64,000 bases of DNA from Octopus vulgaris (GCA_951406725.2 OX597818.1:107260001-107324000), one strand, 5' to 3'; counted from the stretch's first letter, positions 1 to 12,625 are shown. The notes: generated by a model not told the origin, from the letters alone. Program-made: numbers and translations.

Positions 1-494
1 TCATATGACACTACAACCTGTCCCATACCCCATCTCCACAGGAGCACTACCCTTAATAAAGCACACATTTCCCACGATTACTTGAAGGTAACTCTTACCA
101 GCTTTACAGCTGTCCAACCAAGGGACAGAACTCTTAACCTAATCCCCTAGCCTTTATCATTTCACCTTTTTTTTTATAGCAACCACAACCCAAAGGTGTC
201 AATTCACCTCTGACAATAGGGAGCAGTCGCCATATTACCTTCCATATTGGCTAACTCTGATGAGCATAAGGTTATACAATCAGATTGTTACCTAACACTC
301 TATTGTAACCCTAGCAAATTGGTTTGATGCTTGGGATACAATAGAGTGATACAATAGATGGTAAGATCAGCTGTGATGGATGTATAATACTGTACATTTC
401 AGATAATACACACACACATGTATATAAGAAGAAAAAGAAAATGATGCTTAGGAAGTTAATAATTGTTTATTATTAACAGCAAATTAATCATCAT

Positions 495-578
495 CCCTTA
501 CAGCTGTTTCAATTAATATACAGAAAATATTAAGTGAATATCAAATCTGTATGACCTGGGCATAACATCTCCAGAGGG
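495..578 (-). ncRNA. Hammerhead ribozyme-like motif (left arm, core mutated)
   Basis: Minus strand reads CCCT-CTGGAGA-(long stem II region)-GAAA-CAGCTG-TA-AGGG: stem I CCCT/AGGG, palindromic stem III and a GUA cleavage triplet. The core has G in place of the conserved A. Confidence 0.4.
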
Positions 579-698
579 AAAAAAATATACCCTCAGATGT
601 TTTACATACATTTATGGATTCTTTATAAACCGTATCATTCAGTCTGCTATAATAAATCCATAAACACATATAAAACATCCAAGGGTATATTTTTTTCC

Positions 699-775
699 CC
701 TCTGAAGATATTATGGTCATATAAATTTAATATTTACTTAATATTTACTGGGTATTAATTGAAACGGCTGTAAGG
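699..775 (+). ncRNA. Hammerhead ribozyme-like motif (right arm)
   Basis: CCT(699-701)-CTGAAGA(702-708)...GAAA(761-764)-CGGCTG-TA-AGG(773-775), the layout of minimal type I hammerheads found in Penelope-like elements. Confidence 0.45.
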
Positions 776-976
776 ATGATGATTAAATTGCTGTTGATGA
801 TAAACAATTATTAACTTCCCAATCACCATTTTGTTTTTTTGTTCTTTTATATGAATAATAAACTATATGTTTTTATAGATAGCTATTATCTTAAGGAAAT
901 TAATTCCCCCAAAATATTAAATATTGAACCTTGGATGAAACTATCCCTTCATGAGGTTAACACAACCTCTAATCGA

Positions 977-1021
<45 letters not shown>

Positions 1022-1635
1022 TGAGAGAGTTGGTTTGTGAAAGCACGTGGTTGAATATATAGAAAATAGTAAAAAGTGAAAAAAACTACAGAAGGCTTGT
1101 TTTAAAAGGTTAAAAAATATATATTTGAGTCAATATGTCTGAAGAATGTTATAAATTTTTTTCATATATATAAAATAAAATAAAATAAAGTAAATATATA
1201 TATATATACACACACACATCCATGTTAATATCAAACAGGGAGAATAAGTGCTCATGATGGAAGACGAGTACCAATTGTCCCACTGAAATAGCATAGAATA
1301 TTGGTTTCATGCTTTTCTTATAATTGTTATGTTGCTCTAATTCAGTTCTGTTCCGACTTGGTATCGTACTGAGTTTGATGACTTTGCGTTGTTTAGTAAA
1401 AGTCTTTGTATTTTGTTAATTTGTACAAATAACAGTTCTTCTCATTTGCACACTGCTTTGTTTTTGCAGTTTTGGATTTTGGGCTTCTGCTTTAATCAGT
1501 GGGTATTTTTGAGTATATATTGCACACATGTTCACTGCAATATTGCTGGGCCAATCTTCACATGGATTATTCTGTATTAAAATATAACAATTAAGATCTA
1601 AACAGTTAACACAGGAATTCGAAAGAGAAAGTTGA

Positions 1636-1668
1636 ATAACTGTAAACCTACTTTTGGATCACCCTGTA
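1636..1668. mobile_element. Isolated Tc1/mariner-type terminal inverted repeat
   Basis: Reverse complement reads TA-CAGGGTGATCCAAAAGTAGG, a typical Tc1-like terminus with a TA site. No partner end was seen. Confidence 0.5.
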
Positions 1669-1670
1669 TA

Positions 1671-1893
1671 CTGTTTTATTCATCTCAGTCATTTGACTGG
1701 GGCCATGCTGGAGCACTGCTTTTAGTCGAGCAAATCGACCCTAGGACTTATTCTTTGTAAGCCTAGTACTTATTCTATCTGTCTCGTTTGCCGAACTGCT
1801 AAGTTATGGGGATGTAAACACACCAGCATTGGTTGTCAAGTGATGTTGAGGGGACAAACACAGACACACAAACATACACAGATGCATATACAT

Positions 1894-1929
<36 letters not shown>

Positions 1930-2325
1930 TTTTTTTTTTTACTCTTTTTTACTTGTTTCAGTCAGTTGACTGCGGCCATGCTGGAGCACCGCCTTTAGTC
2001 GAGCAACTCGACCCCGGAACTTATTCTTTGTAAGCCCAGTACTTATTCTATCGGTCTCTTTTGCCGAACCGCTAAGTGACGGGGACGTAAACACACCAGC
2101 ATCAGTTGTCAAGCAATGCTAGGGGGACAAACACACACACACACACATACACACACATATATATATATATACATATATACGACAGGCTTCTTTCAGTTTC
2201 TGTCTACCAAATCCACTCACAAGGCATTGGTCGGCCCGGGGCTATAGCAGAAGACACTTGCCCAAGATGCCACGCAGTGGGACTGAACCCGGAACCATGT
2301 GGTTGGTTAGCAAGCTACTTACCAC

Positions 2326-2367
<42 letters not shown>

Positions 2368-2518
2368 GCTTTTTTCAGTTTCTGTCTACCAAATCCACTC
2401 ACAAGGCTATGGTCGGCCCGAGGCTATAGTAGAAGACACTTGCCCAAGGTGTCATGCAGTGGGACTGAACCCAGAACAATGTGGTTCGTTAGCATGCTAC
2501 TTACCACACAGCCACTCT
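1671..2518 (-). mobile_element. tRNA-derived SINE family A (outer copy), split by a second copy inserted in its internal (TA)n
   Basis: 3' half at 1671-1885 and 5' head at 2362-2518 (A/B-box-like TGGCTGTGTGG...GGTTCAGTCCC). Same family as 30381-30797. Confidence 0.85.
1938..2328 (-). mobile_element. SINE family A, near full length, nested in another family A copy
   Basis: Continuous match to the 30381-30797 copy, including the internal microsatellite and the GACTGAAACAAGTAAAA tail. Confidence 0.9.
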
Positions 2519-3026
2519 AACACCTTTATTTATTTATACATCCTTTAACTTACCCATTCCCAAAAGTTCACCTTGCTGATGGCTCATGTAGCATCTCATG
2601 ACTCTTTCTGAAATCACAAACCTTTTCCATCTCTTGAAAATCTTATCCTGCCTTCATGATTATCGTTAACAGCCACACCTAGCTTACTTCTTCATTTAAT
2701 GACAGTTGTTTCTAAGATTGCCATTAATTTTGATAATACAATTCCTTTTTCTGTTTTGCTGACCAGAAAGAAAATATTATTAAACTTATTTCTATTCAAA
2801 CTGTGATCAATGAGGCATGTTGTTTGTTACTGGTTGGGGATGCTGGGAGATTGATCTTGAATAGATGTCCACTTGAAATAATATTAGCACAATATAAATT
2901 CATTATTTAATTATTTAATTATTATTAGCACAATGTGGTCAAAAGGTTCGACTCAGAAGGTTCATTCAGTCTACATAGAAAATTGAAAAACATCCTGCCA
3001 ACACTATCAAAGATGGATTTACTACA

Positions 3027-3059
<33 letters not shown>

Positions 3060-3377
3060 GGCATCAAATACCATCATTGTTTCACAGTATTGTATTTATT
3101 TGATTTTGTTTCGTTTGATCTTTAAAATGATTTCTTTGCAAATAATAATAAATATATTAAGTCAAAATTACTGTTTAATTGCTCACTCAGATAACTAAGT
3201 GTCTTTGATGATCTTTGCACTTAGTTCTTAGTTTCTTAAGGGTCTCTCAGTGTCTTCAAACACAACTTGTCTTCAAGTCTGCAATCTTCAGCATTACCCA
3301 TTCTCATCTGAAACAAATTTTTATCAAAATCTCCATCATTTTCTTTATCTTAGTTTTAGATCTTATTCACTGCTACA

Positions 3378-3541
3378 TAAAAAGCACTCAATACACTCTG
3401 TAAAGTGGTTGGCATTAGAAAGGGCATCCAGCCATAGAAACCATTACCAAAATAGACTATGGAACCTGGTGCAGCTCCTGGTCTTGCCAATTCCATTCAA
3501 AGCATCCAGCTCATGCCTGCATGGAAAACAGATGTTAAATA

Positions 3542-3587
<46 letters not shown>

Positions 3588-3641
3588 CGATGACGATGAC
3601 GACGACGACGATGACGATGATGTTGATGATGATGATGATGA
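3378..3641 (+). mobile_element. RTE-type LINE 3' end / RTE-tailed repeat with (GAT)n tail
   Basis: AAAGCAC...GTGGTTGGCATTAGAAAGGGCATCCAGC...CATGGAAAACAGATGTTAAAT followed by (GAT)n; homologous to 26637-27164, which retains RT C-terminal codons. Confidence 0.8.
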
Positions 3642-4018
3642 TTCAGCCTATTTCTCTCAATGTTTTTGGCAGTGCTACAATGTATTCTTTTAATCACTCT
3701 ATGCCATCATACCATACTCTGGAGTGTTTTTCCAAATCATCAAATATTTCTTGCTGATATCCCGGGTCACCTCTTTTCTTGCTGACCTTTGATCACCAGC
3801 ATTCTAGCCATGATTATCTAAACTTTTCCCATATGTCTAAGAATGCTATATTCTTTGTTTCCTTCCATTTTTCAAGATGGTTAGATAGAATTTGATGAAT
3901 ATTTAACTATTTCTAAAAGATCAAGCAACCCCTTAGAAACCTCTATTTAAGATCAACACTCCTAAGGTTCCCCTGCAGTCAGTCTGTGCCCCAAGTTAGT
4001 GTGTGCCCTAAAGTGATA

Positions 4019-4253
4019 TCTATTTCTTTACTACCCACAAGGGGCTAAACACAGAGGGGACAAACAAGGACAGACAAATGGTTTAAGTCGATTACATCGA
4101 CCCCAGTGCATAACTGGTACTTAATTTATCAACCCCGAAAGGATGAAAGGCAAAGTAGACCTCAGTGGAATTTGAGCTCAGAAGGTAGTGGCAGACGAAA
4201 TACGGCTACGCATTTTGCCTAGCGTGCTAACGATTCTGCCAGCTTGCCGCCCT
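4019..4253 (-). mobile_element. tRNA-derived SINE family B, full length
   Basis: Head GGCGGCAAGCTGGCAGAATCGTTAGC, central GCCTTTCATCCTTTCGGGG domain, and 12-bp TSD CCTAAAGTGATA at 4007-4018 and 4254-4265. Confidence 0.9.
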
Positions 4254-4639
4254 CCTAAAGTGATACCTGCTCTGTCACACAGCCTTCTTATATGTGTTTC
4301 CAACTAGTGTTCAATTCTTACTGCCAAAGACATGGCAGTTATCCACAGAAATATATGATGGCTTCTGAGGAATATAACATACAGGATGGAAATTTAACTG
4401 CATAATGAAGTTGAATTGACATTATAGAAGAATGATTTAATTTTGATCAACAGAGAGGTTTCAAATGGCTTTTGGATTGACTTGAGTGGAGAAAAGATTC
4501 TTGTTTCATAGCAAGGAAGTGACTCGATTCTAGACTAAATGATAACCTAATAAAATGTGGCTAACAACTGAAAAGTGAGTCTATTACTGAAAAAGTGAGA
4601 TATTTACGGCTTGATAAAAGGTGACTGACAAAAGAGACT

Positions 4640-4900
4640 TTAGAGGTACGTTGTATGAGTGAAGAAACAATGTTTGACTCATAAAAGCTTCTTGGAAAGA
4701 AAGAATGAATTTTTTTAATACTTAGAATGAGAGAAGCCAAAGTAGGGATAGAGAAGCAAAGCAAGAATGAACACGAGTGTGTGCGCTGTAGGAGAGCTTA
4801 TGTATCTAAGTGGCATACTTTAGAGCCAGAAAGAGAGGAAAAGGGAATGACTGAAGGCAAGAAAAATTTTCATGGTAAGACACATGCCAAAGAAAACCAT
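4640..4900 (-). mobile_element. Very decayed CR1/Jockey-like LINE 3' remnant
   Basis: Translation contains IHSFFPRS, resembling the SFFPRT..WN C-terminal motif; similar to the 29480-29930 remnant. Confidence 0.3.
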
Positions 4901-6727
4901 TAATATAAAGGTAGAGAAAAGCTTTGTGAAAATCCTATTGAATTTATTAAGTGACAGAGCAGGTGTTCTCCTTCAGATATAGAGGAGATAATCTATTGCT
5001 TTTCAATTATTCAACAGTGGTGACAAATCTGTTACTTTTATGAAAGTCGTATCAGAGGCATCCTTTCAGAGACAATAAGCTTTCATTACATCAGAAACAA
5101 AAATATTTCCACTGTTTAGCATTTCACCATTTTCTCAGTTTTAGCATCATGTTGAACTTGGTTTAGTTGCTTTCTCATATAGACTATTTTCTAGTTCTTT
5201 TGATTAATTATCGAATTAATATTTGTCTTTTCACAGTTTTTAAATTTCATCACATAAGTTATTTCATCAATTAACTCAATGTTTTCTCACCTGAAACTTC
5301 CTCCACTTACAGGTGAGTCATTTTTTCCTATTCCCTTGTTCTACCTCATTACAGTGTTATCATCTTCTTCCATCTACTTTCCTTATTACTGTATTATTTC
5401 TCATACCATGTATCTCATCTATTTTATTTATCATTCATCTTTTCCCCCATGTATCACTCACTCCTACTTTTTCTCCTTCCTTTACTCCTCATAATACAAA
5501 AACAAACTACAATGCAAATTTCTTTTTTTTTAGGCAATAATTTATGACAATCGAAAACTGCTGCTCAAATTCTTTTACTTTTTAGAAATTTTGGCACCAA
5601 AATTGTACTTCAATCCACTATTATGATTAAAAGATTTTAAAAAATGCTTATTCATATTTTTAGTGAAATGTGAATTGTAAAATTATTGAGGTAAAAAACA
5701 TCCAAGATAAGATGTAAATACACTAACACATACACATATGCATGCACACATACACATGCATGCACACACTCACACACACATATGAATACATATACACACA
5801 AAAATATACTCACAAAAACATATGCACACATACACTTGAGACAATGTTGTAACTCCTATGTGGCTACTTGAAGTGCATGAAATAACAGTGAAATCTTCCT
5901 CAAATCACACTCTGCTGTCTTAAATAACAAGGGACATGTTGAACAAAATGAAATGTAATAAATGTGATGGTCATGGCTAGAACCTTCTTTTTTTATCAGC
6001 TTGTGATTACTGCATTTGCAATAAGTTTAAAGATTCTAATCTGAAATATGTAGCTTGTCTTCCACAGTTATTTTTGTCAGTCTTTCACTTACACACCCAA
6101 TTGAATATATATACACCGACACACTTCTTAACTACATGAAAATCTTGGTTCCCTTTCAATTTGGCTTTGTTTAGCCATTACTCATCTTTTGAATATAATT
6201 CTACTAGCCATCCATGCCAGCTACAGCCAAAACCACTCAACAACATTTAGAGAAGCCAATAAACAGTGTGAATCAATTTGTGCCAAAATGTAAAGCACTC
6301 CACCAGGAAATCAACTGGTCAGCTTGATGCTATTTTTTCATTGGTTATAACTGACCAATCAGCAACTGCTCTGTGACTTCTCTCCTGAGCTTCTCTTGCA
6401 GTATTTAATGGAGCTACTGATAAAAATCAGCTCAGAGCTCTGGGAAAAACTGGTACTAGTCAGCTGCTGGTTACCCAGCACATATTAGCACAGACATATA
6501 CACATCCAGTCTGTTATTAGTCCATTGTATCTGGTTTTTGTAAACTTCTGAACATTGAGGCAAACTACAAACTTGTTGACTTTCGAATACAACTCATTTG
6601 AATCCATCGTTTATTTTTGTTTACTTTAAAAACCTGCTCCGTCTGTATTGGTTGGACTGGTCTCCTCGACTTCATTGATGTTTTCACTATGTTTTAACTG
6701 AAACATAAGGAAAGAAACAATCAAGGT

Positions 6728-6761
6728 ATCATCATCATCATCATCGTCGTTTAACGTCCGG

Positions 6762-6798
<37 letters not shown>

Positions 6799-6802
6799 AT
6801 AT
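6728..6802 (-). mobile_element. 75-bp RTE-tail fragment plus (TA)n, flanked by a 25-bp direct repeat
   Basis: ACATAAGGAAAGAAACA(A/T)TCAAGGT at 6703-6727 and 6803-6827. The insert is (ATC)n-GTCGTTTAACGTCCG followed by (TA)n. Confidence 0.8.
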
Positions 6803-7184
6803 ACATAAGGAAAGAAACATTCAAGGTGAGGATAAGGGTCCAACCAGTGCAAATATGTACATAATAGTCTCACATTTCAGAAATATAGAATTGTGTAAAT
6901 TTTTTAAAAAATGTTTGGTGATTTAGACAGTCAAAAACTGTGAAGAGCAATTTCGTTTCTGTGTGGTACAGTCTATCAAATCCTGAGCCAAAGAGCAATC
7001 TTTTAAAGGATCATTTACCTTGCAAGAAATGGCAGCCAAATTTTATAAAAAAAAGAAGCTTATCTCTGACTGTCTGTCTGTTCATAACAACATCTAAACA
7101 GTTTGTCAGGAATCACATATCACCATTTTGAAGAACAAACAATGTTTAATGCATGAATGTAGTTCTAGACATCTTTAATTTTTT

Positions 7185-7394
7185 ATCTTTTACCATTTAC
7201 TTGTTTCAGTCATTAGACTGTGTCCATGCTGGAGCACCGTCTTAAAGAAATTTTAGTTGAAACGAAATGACCCCAATATTTATTTGTTTAAGCCTGGTAT
7301 CTATTTTATTGGTCGCTTTTGCCAAACTGCTAAATTACATAAAACAACCCCAGTTGTCAAGCAGAGATGAGGGACAAACACATAGACAAAGACA

Positions 7395-7429
<35 letters not shown>

Positions 7430-7520
7430 ATAAGCTTCTTTCAGTTTCCGTCTACCAAGTCTTCTCACAAGGCTTTTGTCAACCCAAGGCTATAGTAGAA
7501 GACACTTGCTCAAGGTGTTA
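7185..7520 (-). mobile_element. SINE family A, 5'-truncated
   Basis: TTTACTTGTTTCAGTCATTAGACTG...(CA)n...GGCTATAGTAGAAGACACTTGCTCAAGG. Confidence 0.85.
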
Positions 7521-7539
7521 TGATAGAAAACTTTAAACA

Positions 7540-7715
7540 TAGGCCAGCCTTGATCTAAAGATCTTACAAATGAACGAGATTGCAGTTAGGATCGTTCTGT
7601 TGAGTTATGGTTATTTTGGTCAGTATAATCTAATGTATCCTTCCACTATTTGATCTAATGTGAGAGACATGTATATACTATTTCTAGCATTGTTCAAGAC
7701 CATATGAAGGCTCTG
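7540..7715 (+). repeat. Old interspersed repeat family (GATTT(G/A)GCTGCTATTTCTAGC type)
   Basis: Degenerate copies also near 3760-3950, 5850-6000(-), 12955-13140(-), 22070-22430, 31290-31430, 36285-36425(-), 44030-44095 and 48690-48775, sharing variants of CCTGATC..GCAGACCTATGATCAAAG and GCTGCTATTTCTAGC. Confidence 0.55.
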
Positions 7716-7950
7716 TATTCCACACAAAGAAGAAAGAAACAAAACATCAAATGTTTATCTTTTCAATGCTCCAGAATTGGCAAAATATTTTAACTGAGAT
7801 GTTAATTGAACCAGGGAACTCTTGGCCATAAACTTGCTGTTGTAAATGGCAATTCTGCCGTCTTTACATTCACTTCATCCACATTAGCTAAGATGAATCT
7901 ATTGTTAATGTATTGGAGTATGTCTTGATGTAAGGGAAATTTGCTGTGTG

Positions 7951-8108
7951 TATACACATACATACATACATACATACATACATACATACATACATACATA
8001 CATACATACATACATACATACATGTATGCATGCATACATACATACATACATACATACATACATACATACATACATACATACATACATACATGCATACATA
8101 CATACATA
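7951..8108. repeat. (TACA)n microsatellite
   Basis: Directly visible tetranucleotide array. Confidence 0.95.
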
Positions 8109-8965
8109 TAACTGCGCCTGTAACATACTGTGTATATATTTGTTATACATGCACTTCGAAAATCCTGGGTCATTAATAAATTGTAGCACATAAACACATG
8201 CATGCTCACACACACATGTGTACATAGATACATTCACAGATACACACGTGTGTATGTATATATCTACCTATCTATATATATGTGTGTGTATTTTATATAA
8301 ATATATATGTACACTCATATGAACATTCTAAATAAGAGGCAGATGGAAACATGGAATATTATTAATAATAATATAATAATATAATATATAAATATAGTAA
8401 ATTAAAGCAGAAACAATAAGACCAAAAATTAAAAGATAGTAACATATTCTGGAATCTAACCAAAATGGCTAACTGAAAATATTTCAATATTGAACTGCAA
8501 ATTGTAAAATGTCAGAATAGTAAAGAAACAATAAATTTTGAAGATTCTAGAACAGAAAGAGAGAGAGAGCAGGTGGTAACTGAAGAATTTTATATTACCA
8601 ACAGCTGGATTAAGCTGATATATTGACTTGTACAAGATGGTAGAGGTGGAAGGGCTGAAGATGAAGTATAGAGACAAAATATGAAAAAAATGAAAAACTT
8701 GGATATCTAATTAACTTGCTAAAACAATATCAAGAAATCCCATTTGTTTAAGTTTCAATGTGCTCTTGGTTTTTGTGTGTTGTTTTTGTTTTACGATTTT
8801 GACTTTGATTGTTTTTGAATCTATCGCCTAAGGGAACTGTTAGTTGCTTTGTTCTGATTTTTAGATTAACACATATATAAATGCATATGAATGTATGTAC
8901 ATATGTATACCTATATGTATATATATGAGTGAGTGTATATATATATATATATATATATATACACT

Positions 8966-9031
<66 letters not shown>

Positions 9032-10020
9032 CATATATTCATCCACACATACATACATATCATACATACACACACACACATATATATATATATATGCGTT
9101 CGTAAGTACAAATATGTAAACATATATTCATACATATGTATATACATAAATATATATTGTATCTATATTATCATATTATATTGGATATAATATTTCTGTG
9201 TGTGTATGCATATAAATGTATTCTTTATTGTGTGCTTGTGCGTGTGTGTGTGTGTGTGGGTCTGCATGTGTGGGTGGGTGTTTGCATTCTGTGTTTTACT
9301 TTGAATGTGTGTGTACGTTGCTGTATTAATATTGTTCAAACTTGTTAAATGTAGAATGAAGAAAAGCTAAAAGAGAGAAAATATGATAAAATCCTCACAA
9401 ATCAAGAAATGGAAAATGTTTTATAATTTATAAAAGAGTAAATAACTAAAAGCAGCTATTTTAGATCAAATCCATCGAATGAATGGTAGCATGGTATTGT
9501 AGTCCATTTGCTGTGAGTTCTAATCTAATTTGTTGATATGAACATGATGCCAATTCATTTAAAGCCGAAGTCTTTTTCTGATGACTAAATTCCCATGAAA
9601 GAAGAAAGATACCATTTACCAGTAATTGAGATACAAAATGCAAAAAGGAACACATCTGGAATCAAATAATCTATTTCTGTCTTAACCTGTTATTCTAAGG
9701 ATTGTATTTGAATCCACAATTTGAGTTTGTTTGCAGGTGAAGACGAGTGAATAGTTCTGGTGAATTGTAGAATTAATGCCTTTCTGTTCTACCTTTTCAA
9801 AATTTCGAACTGAAAAATACAAACCATTTAGATGGCTTGCAAGATGGAGCATGCTTGAGTTTCCATCACTCAAGTGACCTTGAAAAATAATCATAAGAAA
9901 GGTTTTTGGCAACGACACAAAATGGCAACATGATGACAGGCAAAAGTATAAAGTATATAATTCCATTGTGAAGAATGAATTGAGAAGAATTCAATGTTTC
10001 AAACAGTGGTATTTAATCAA

Positions 10021-10246
10021 CAAGGCAGCAAGCTGACAGAAACGTTAGCACGCTGGGCAAAATGCTTAGCAATCTGTTGTTACGTTCTGAGTTCAAATTT
10101 CACCGAGGTTGACTTTGCCTTTCATCTTTTCGGGGTCGATTAAATAAGTTCCAGTTATGCACTGGGGTCGATATAATCAACTTAATCCATTTGTCTGTCC
10201 TTGTTTATCCCCTCTGTGTGTAGCCCCTTGTGGACAGTAAAGAAAT
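10021..10246 (+). mobile_element. SINE family B, full length
   Basis: Same sequence family as 4019-4253; 14-bp TSD TGGTATTTAATCAA at 10007-10020 and 10247-10260. Confidence 0.9.
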
Positions 10247-10405
10247 TGGTATTTAATCAAGTACCCAGTAAAATGCTTCATAAAAAGTGATTTCATTTAT
10301 AGTGAAGGAAGCATGGGGAATAGATGGAATAGAAGTAAGAGATTCTTAGTTTTTAGCACAAAACATAAGTGAAATGAGAAGAGAAAGGCTTATGAATGTG
10401 TTTAA

Positions 10406-10589
10406 CTCTTTCACATTGAGACAGGCTTTTCTGGCTCAGATGTTTTACTTGGTTTACATCAAAGCTGGCCAGATATGGCCTATCACGCCTATTCTACAGT
10501 GTCATTCTAGAATGAAGTAATACATAATTATTTCCAAACAATGTGAATAAATAATTACATTTAACAGAGTAATCTGAATGCTAAAGAAG
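10406..10589 (-). mobile_element. Degenerate piggyBac-type MITE (inverted copy of 27263-27481)
   Basis: TTAA flanks; internal GGCCAGATATGGCC and AGTAATCTGAATGCTAAAG match the reverse complement of the 27.3-kb copy. Confidence 0.7.
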
Positions 10590-10830
10590 TTAAGAGTGCA
10601 TTACACATATGTGTGTGTTTACACATGTTTGTATGTGTGTATATATATGTATATATATATCTAGGCAAGTGTGTTTGAGTTTGTTGTTGTTTTTTTTGTT
10701 GTTCTTCATTGAGTGTTACTGTCCAAAATCTTAGATTCCCTTCTATTTGTACTCTGCTGCGTAATTCTATAGCTTTGTACTCTTGTCTAATGTTTTGTTT
10801 TTGATATTCCTAGAGACTTTAAGGGGGGGG

Positions 10831-11026
10831 GGGCAGAGTCATTATTGCAGCAGGGGAAAATGCTTGATGACATTCCTGTAAACTTTACATTCTCAGTTGA
10901 AATTGTGCCGACTTTGCCTTTCATCCTTTCTGGATCTATGAAATAAATACCAGTTATACACTGGTGTCAAGGTATCGACTTATCCCCTTCCCCAAAATTG
11001 CTGGCCTTGTACCAAAATTTGAAATC
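10831..11026 (+). mobile_element. SINE family B variant with a different 3' tail
   Basis: CGACTTTGCCTTTCATCCTTTC core and CCCAAAATTGCTGGCCTTGTACCAAAATTTGAAA tail. Confidence 0.75.
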
Positions 11027-11559
11027 GCTATTTCTTGAGTCACTTAATTATTCTATCATTTTGCTTACATTGACTCAAGAATAAACGTTTTGAAGTTTGA
11101 GTAAGAAAATGTTGAGCTGCTGAGCTTTGTTGGTAATAAAAGATTTTCATTTTTGCGCTTCTTCGATTTTTGTCTTTGTGAAAAAGTGATACAGCTTTGT
11201 AGTGCGACATGTGCAAGAAATGTCAAAGATTTGAAGATTAGGATTATGAACTGTTAAATGCACAATGTTAATTTCCATGTTGGGAAAGAATAAACTGAGT
11301 GAATGAGCTGACTGAGTTGATGAAAACTGGAGACACTTGGCCAATGTGAGTAAAAGAGATGACTGGTGGTATACTGTACTGCATATGTCCCCGACCCATT
11401 TTACTGAGTGAAAACAGAAGATTTCAAATGAACTGATAGTTTAATCCACTAACATCAAGGAAATGGGTATCTTACTAATTATGTAGTAATTAAAAAATTC
11501 ATCTGAATTAACAGAACAGCTTAAGTTTTGGCCTTTACTTTCTGCAGCATAACACTTTC

Positions 11560-12625
11560 CCTTATATTCATGCAAAAAAAGTAAAAGCCATTCAAATTTT
11601 CATCCTACATCTCAAAATTTTATCCAGAATTATTTCAATATATCACTGAAGTCTCTAATAATCCATTTGCTGCCGGGAAGTTTTAATGTAAGCTTAATTG
11701 TTGTATCCTTCTGATTTCTTGTAACCAATTCTGTTACTTCCTTTTACTCACTGCAATTCAAGTTACCATTATCTCTTCAAATTTATCCTACTTCTGAGTG
11801 AAGCTAGAGTGCTTCTTTCCCAGCATTTAATTCTCAACTCAACAAACTAGAGATACAAACTCAACAAACTTGATGCTACTTACAATATCATCAAGAACAG
11901 ATTTAAGACCTAGAGGCTGTATCTTCAAACATAATACATTATGTAATTTTCAATTTAATTGATATTTCACATTCTTGCTAAAAATACAACTCTACATCTC
12001 ATCTTAATTCCATCAGTCGTGTAGTTACCATTTACCAAGAAAAACCTAGTCTGAAAATATATTCGATACATTATCTATCACAGTATCATTCAAGAAGTCT
12101 TCTTTCAAACCTAAATCATTGACGTATCTTTCATATTACAAACAAAAGAATCTTTAAGCTGGATGATAATGAGCCTTTTTGATTTTTAATACGACAATTT
12201 TCTGTTTTCAATATCATCCGGCATGTCGGATAATTTTTAATGAATTGTTTCATTGAACAATGACAGAGTTTTCAGTTTCTTTGCTGTATTTTCTCCCAAC
12301 ATACAATCAACAATATCTTTGCAGCAGGGCAAGTTCAAAGCTTTAGGGATTGTAAGGGATTTCTTATTTTCAGCAATTCCCAGAACGATGATATGAAAAC
12401 CAAGATAAACTTCATTTTGTTGATATATCTGACCTAAAGTTGCATAAATTTCACATCAAATACTTTCTGTTCCAAATAAAACTGTTCTTTGTTAATCAGA
12501 TTAAGATGATTGGCTGAAAAATGCCATTTTAGGATGTTTTAGGCTTCAATGAATCCTGAGTGGTTTCATGAAACTTTTATGAAACACAACAAATTATGGG
12601 AAACCATATTTTCAGTTTTAACCAA
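11560..12625 (-). mobile_element. hAT transposase pseudogene, Buster/Charlie (ZBED5/SCAND3-like) type
   Basis: Minus-strand motifs in the expected order: LKYGF, DSLKP/KWHFSANHLNLINK, IAENKKSLTI, LPCCKDIVDCMLGENTAKKLKTLSLFNETIH*KLSDMPDDIE, TTDG, LKSVLDDIVSSIKFV, AL*LHSEV (RWLSRG region). Confidence 0.85.

Larger units (their letters stand above)
422..852. repeat. Long inverted repeat (foldback) with ~200-bp arms and a ~34-bp spacer; probably inverted Penelope-type pseudo-LTRs
   Basis: 422-620 is the reverse complement of 655-852 with scattered mismatches, e.g. GGAAGTTAATAATTGTTTAT...CCCTTACAGCTGTTTCAATTAATA versus TATTAATTGAAACGGCTGTAAGG...ATAAACAATTATTAACTTCC. Confidence 0.9.
2530..6530 (-). 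pseudogene. Possible LRR-receptor relic (LRRNT, LRRs, LRRCT; no TIR seen)
   Basis: Manual minus-strand translation gives WMCICLC*YVLGNQQLTS (~6500, LRRNT-like), DFDKNLFQ/VMLKIADLK and ETLKKLR (~3220-3330), IKINGNLRNNCH (~2700) and MRCYMSHQQGELL (~2560, LRRCT-like). These are low-information motifs. Confidence 0.3.
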
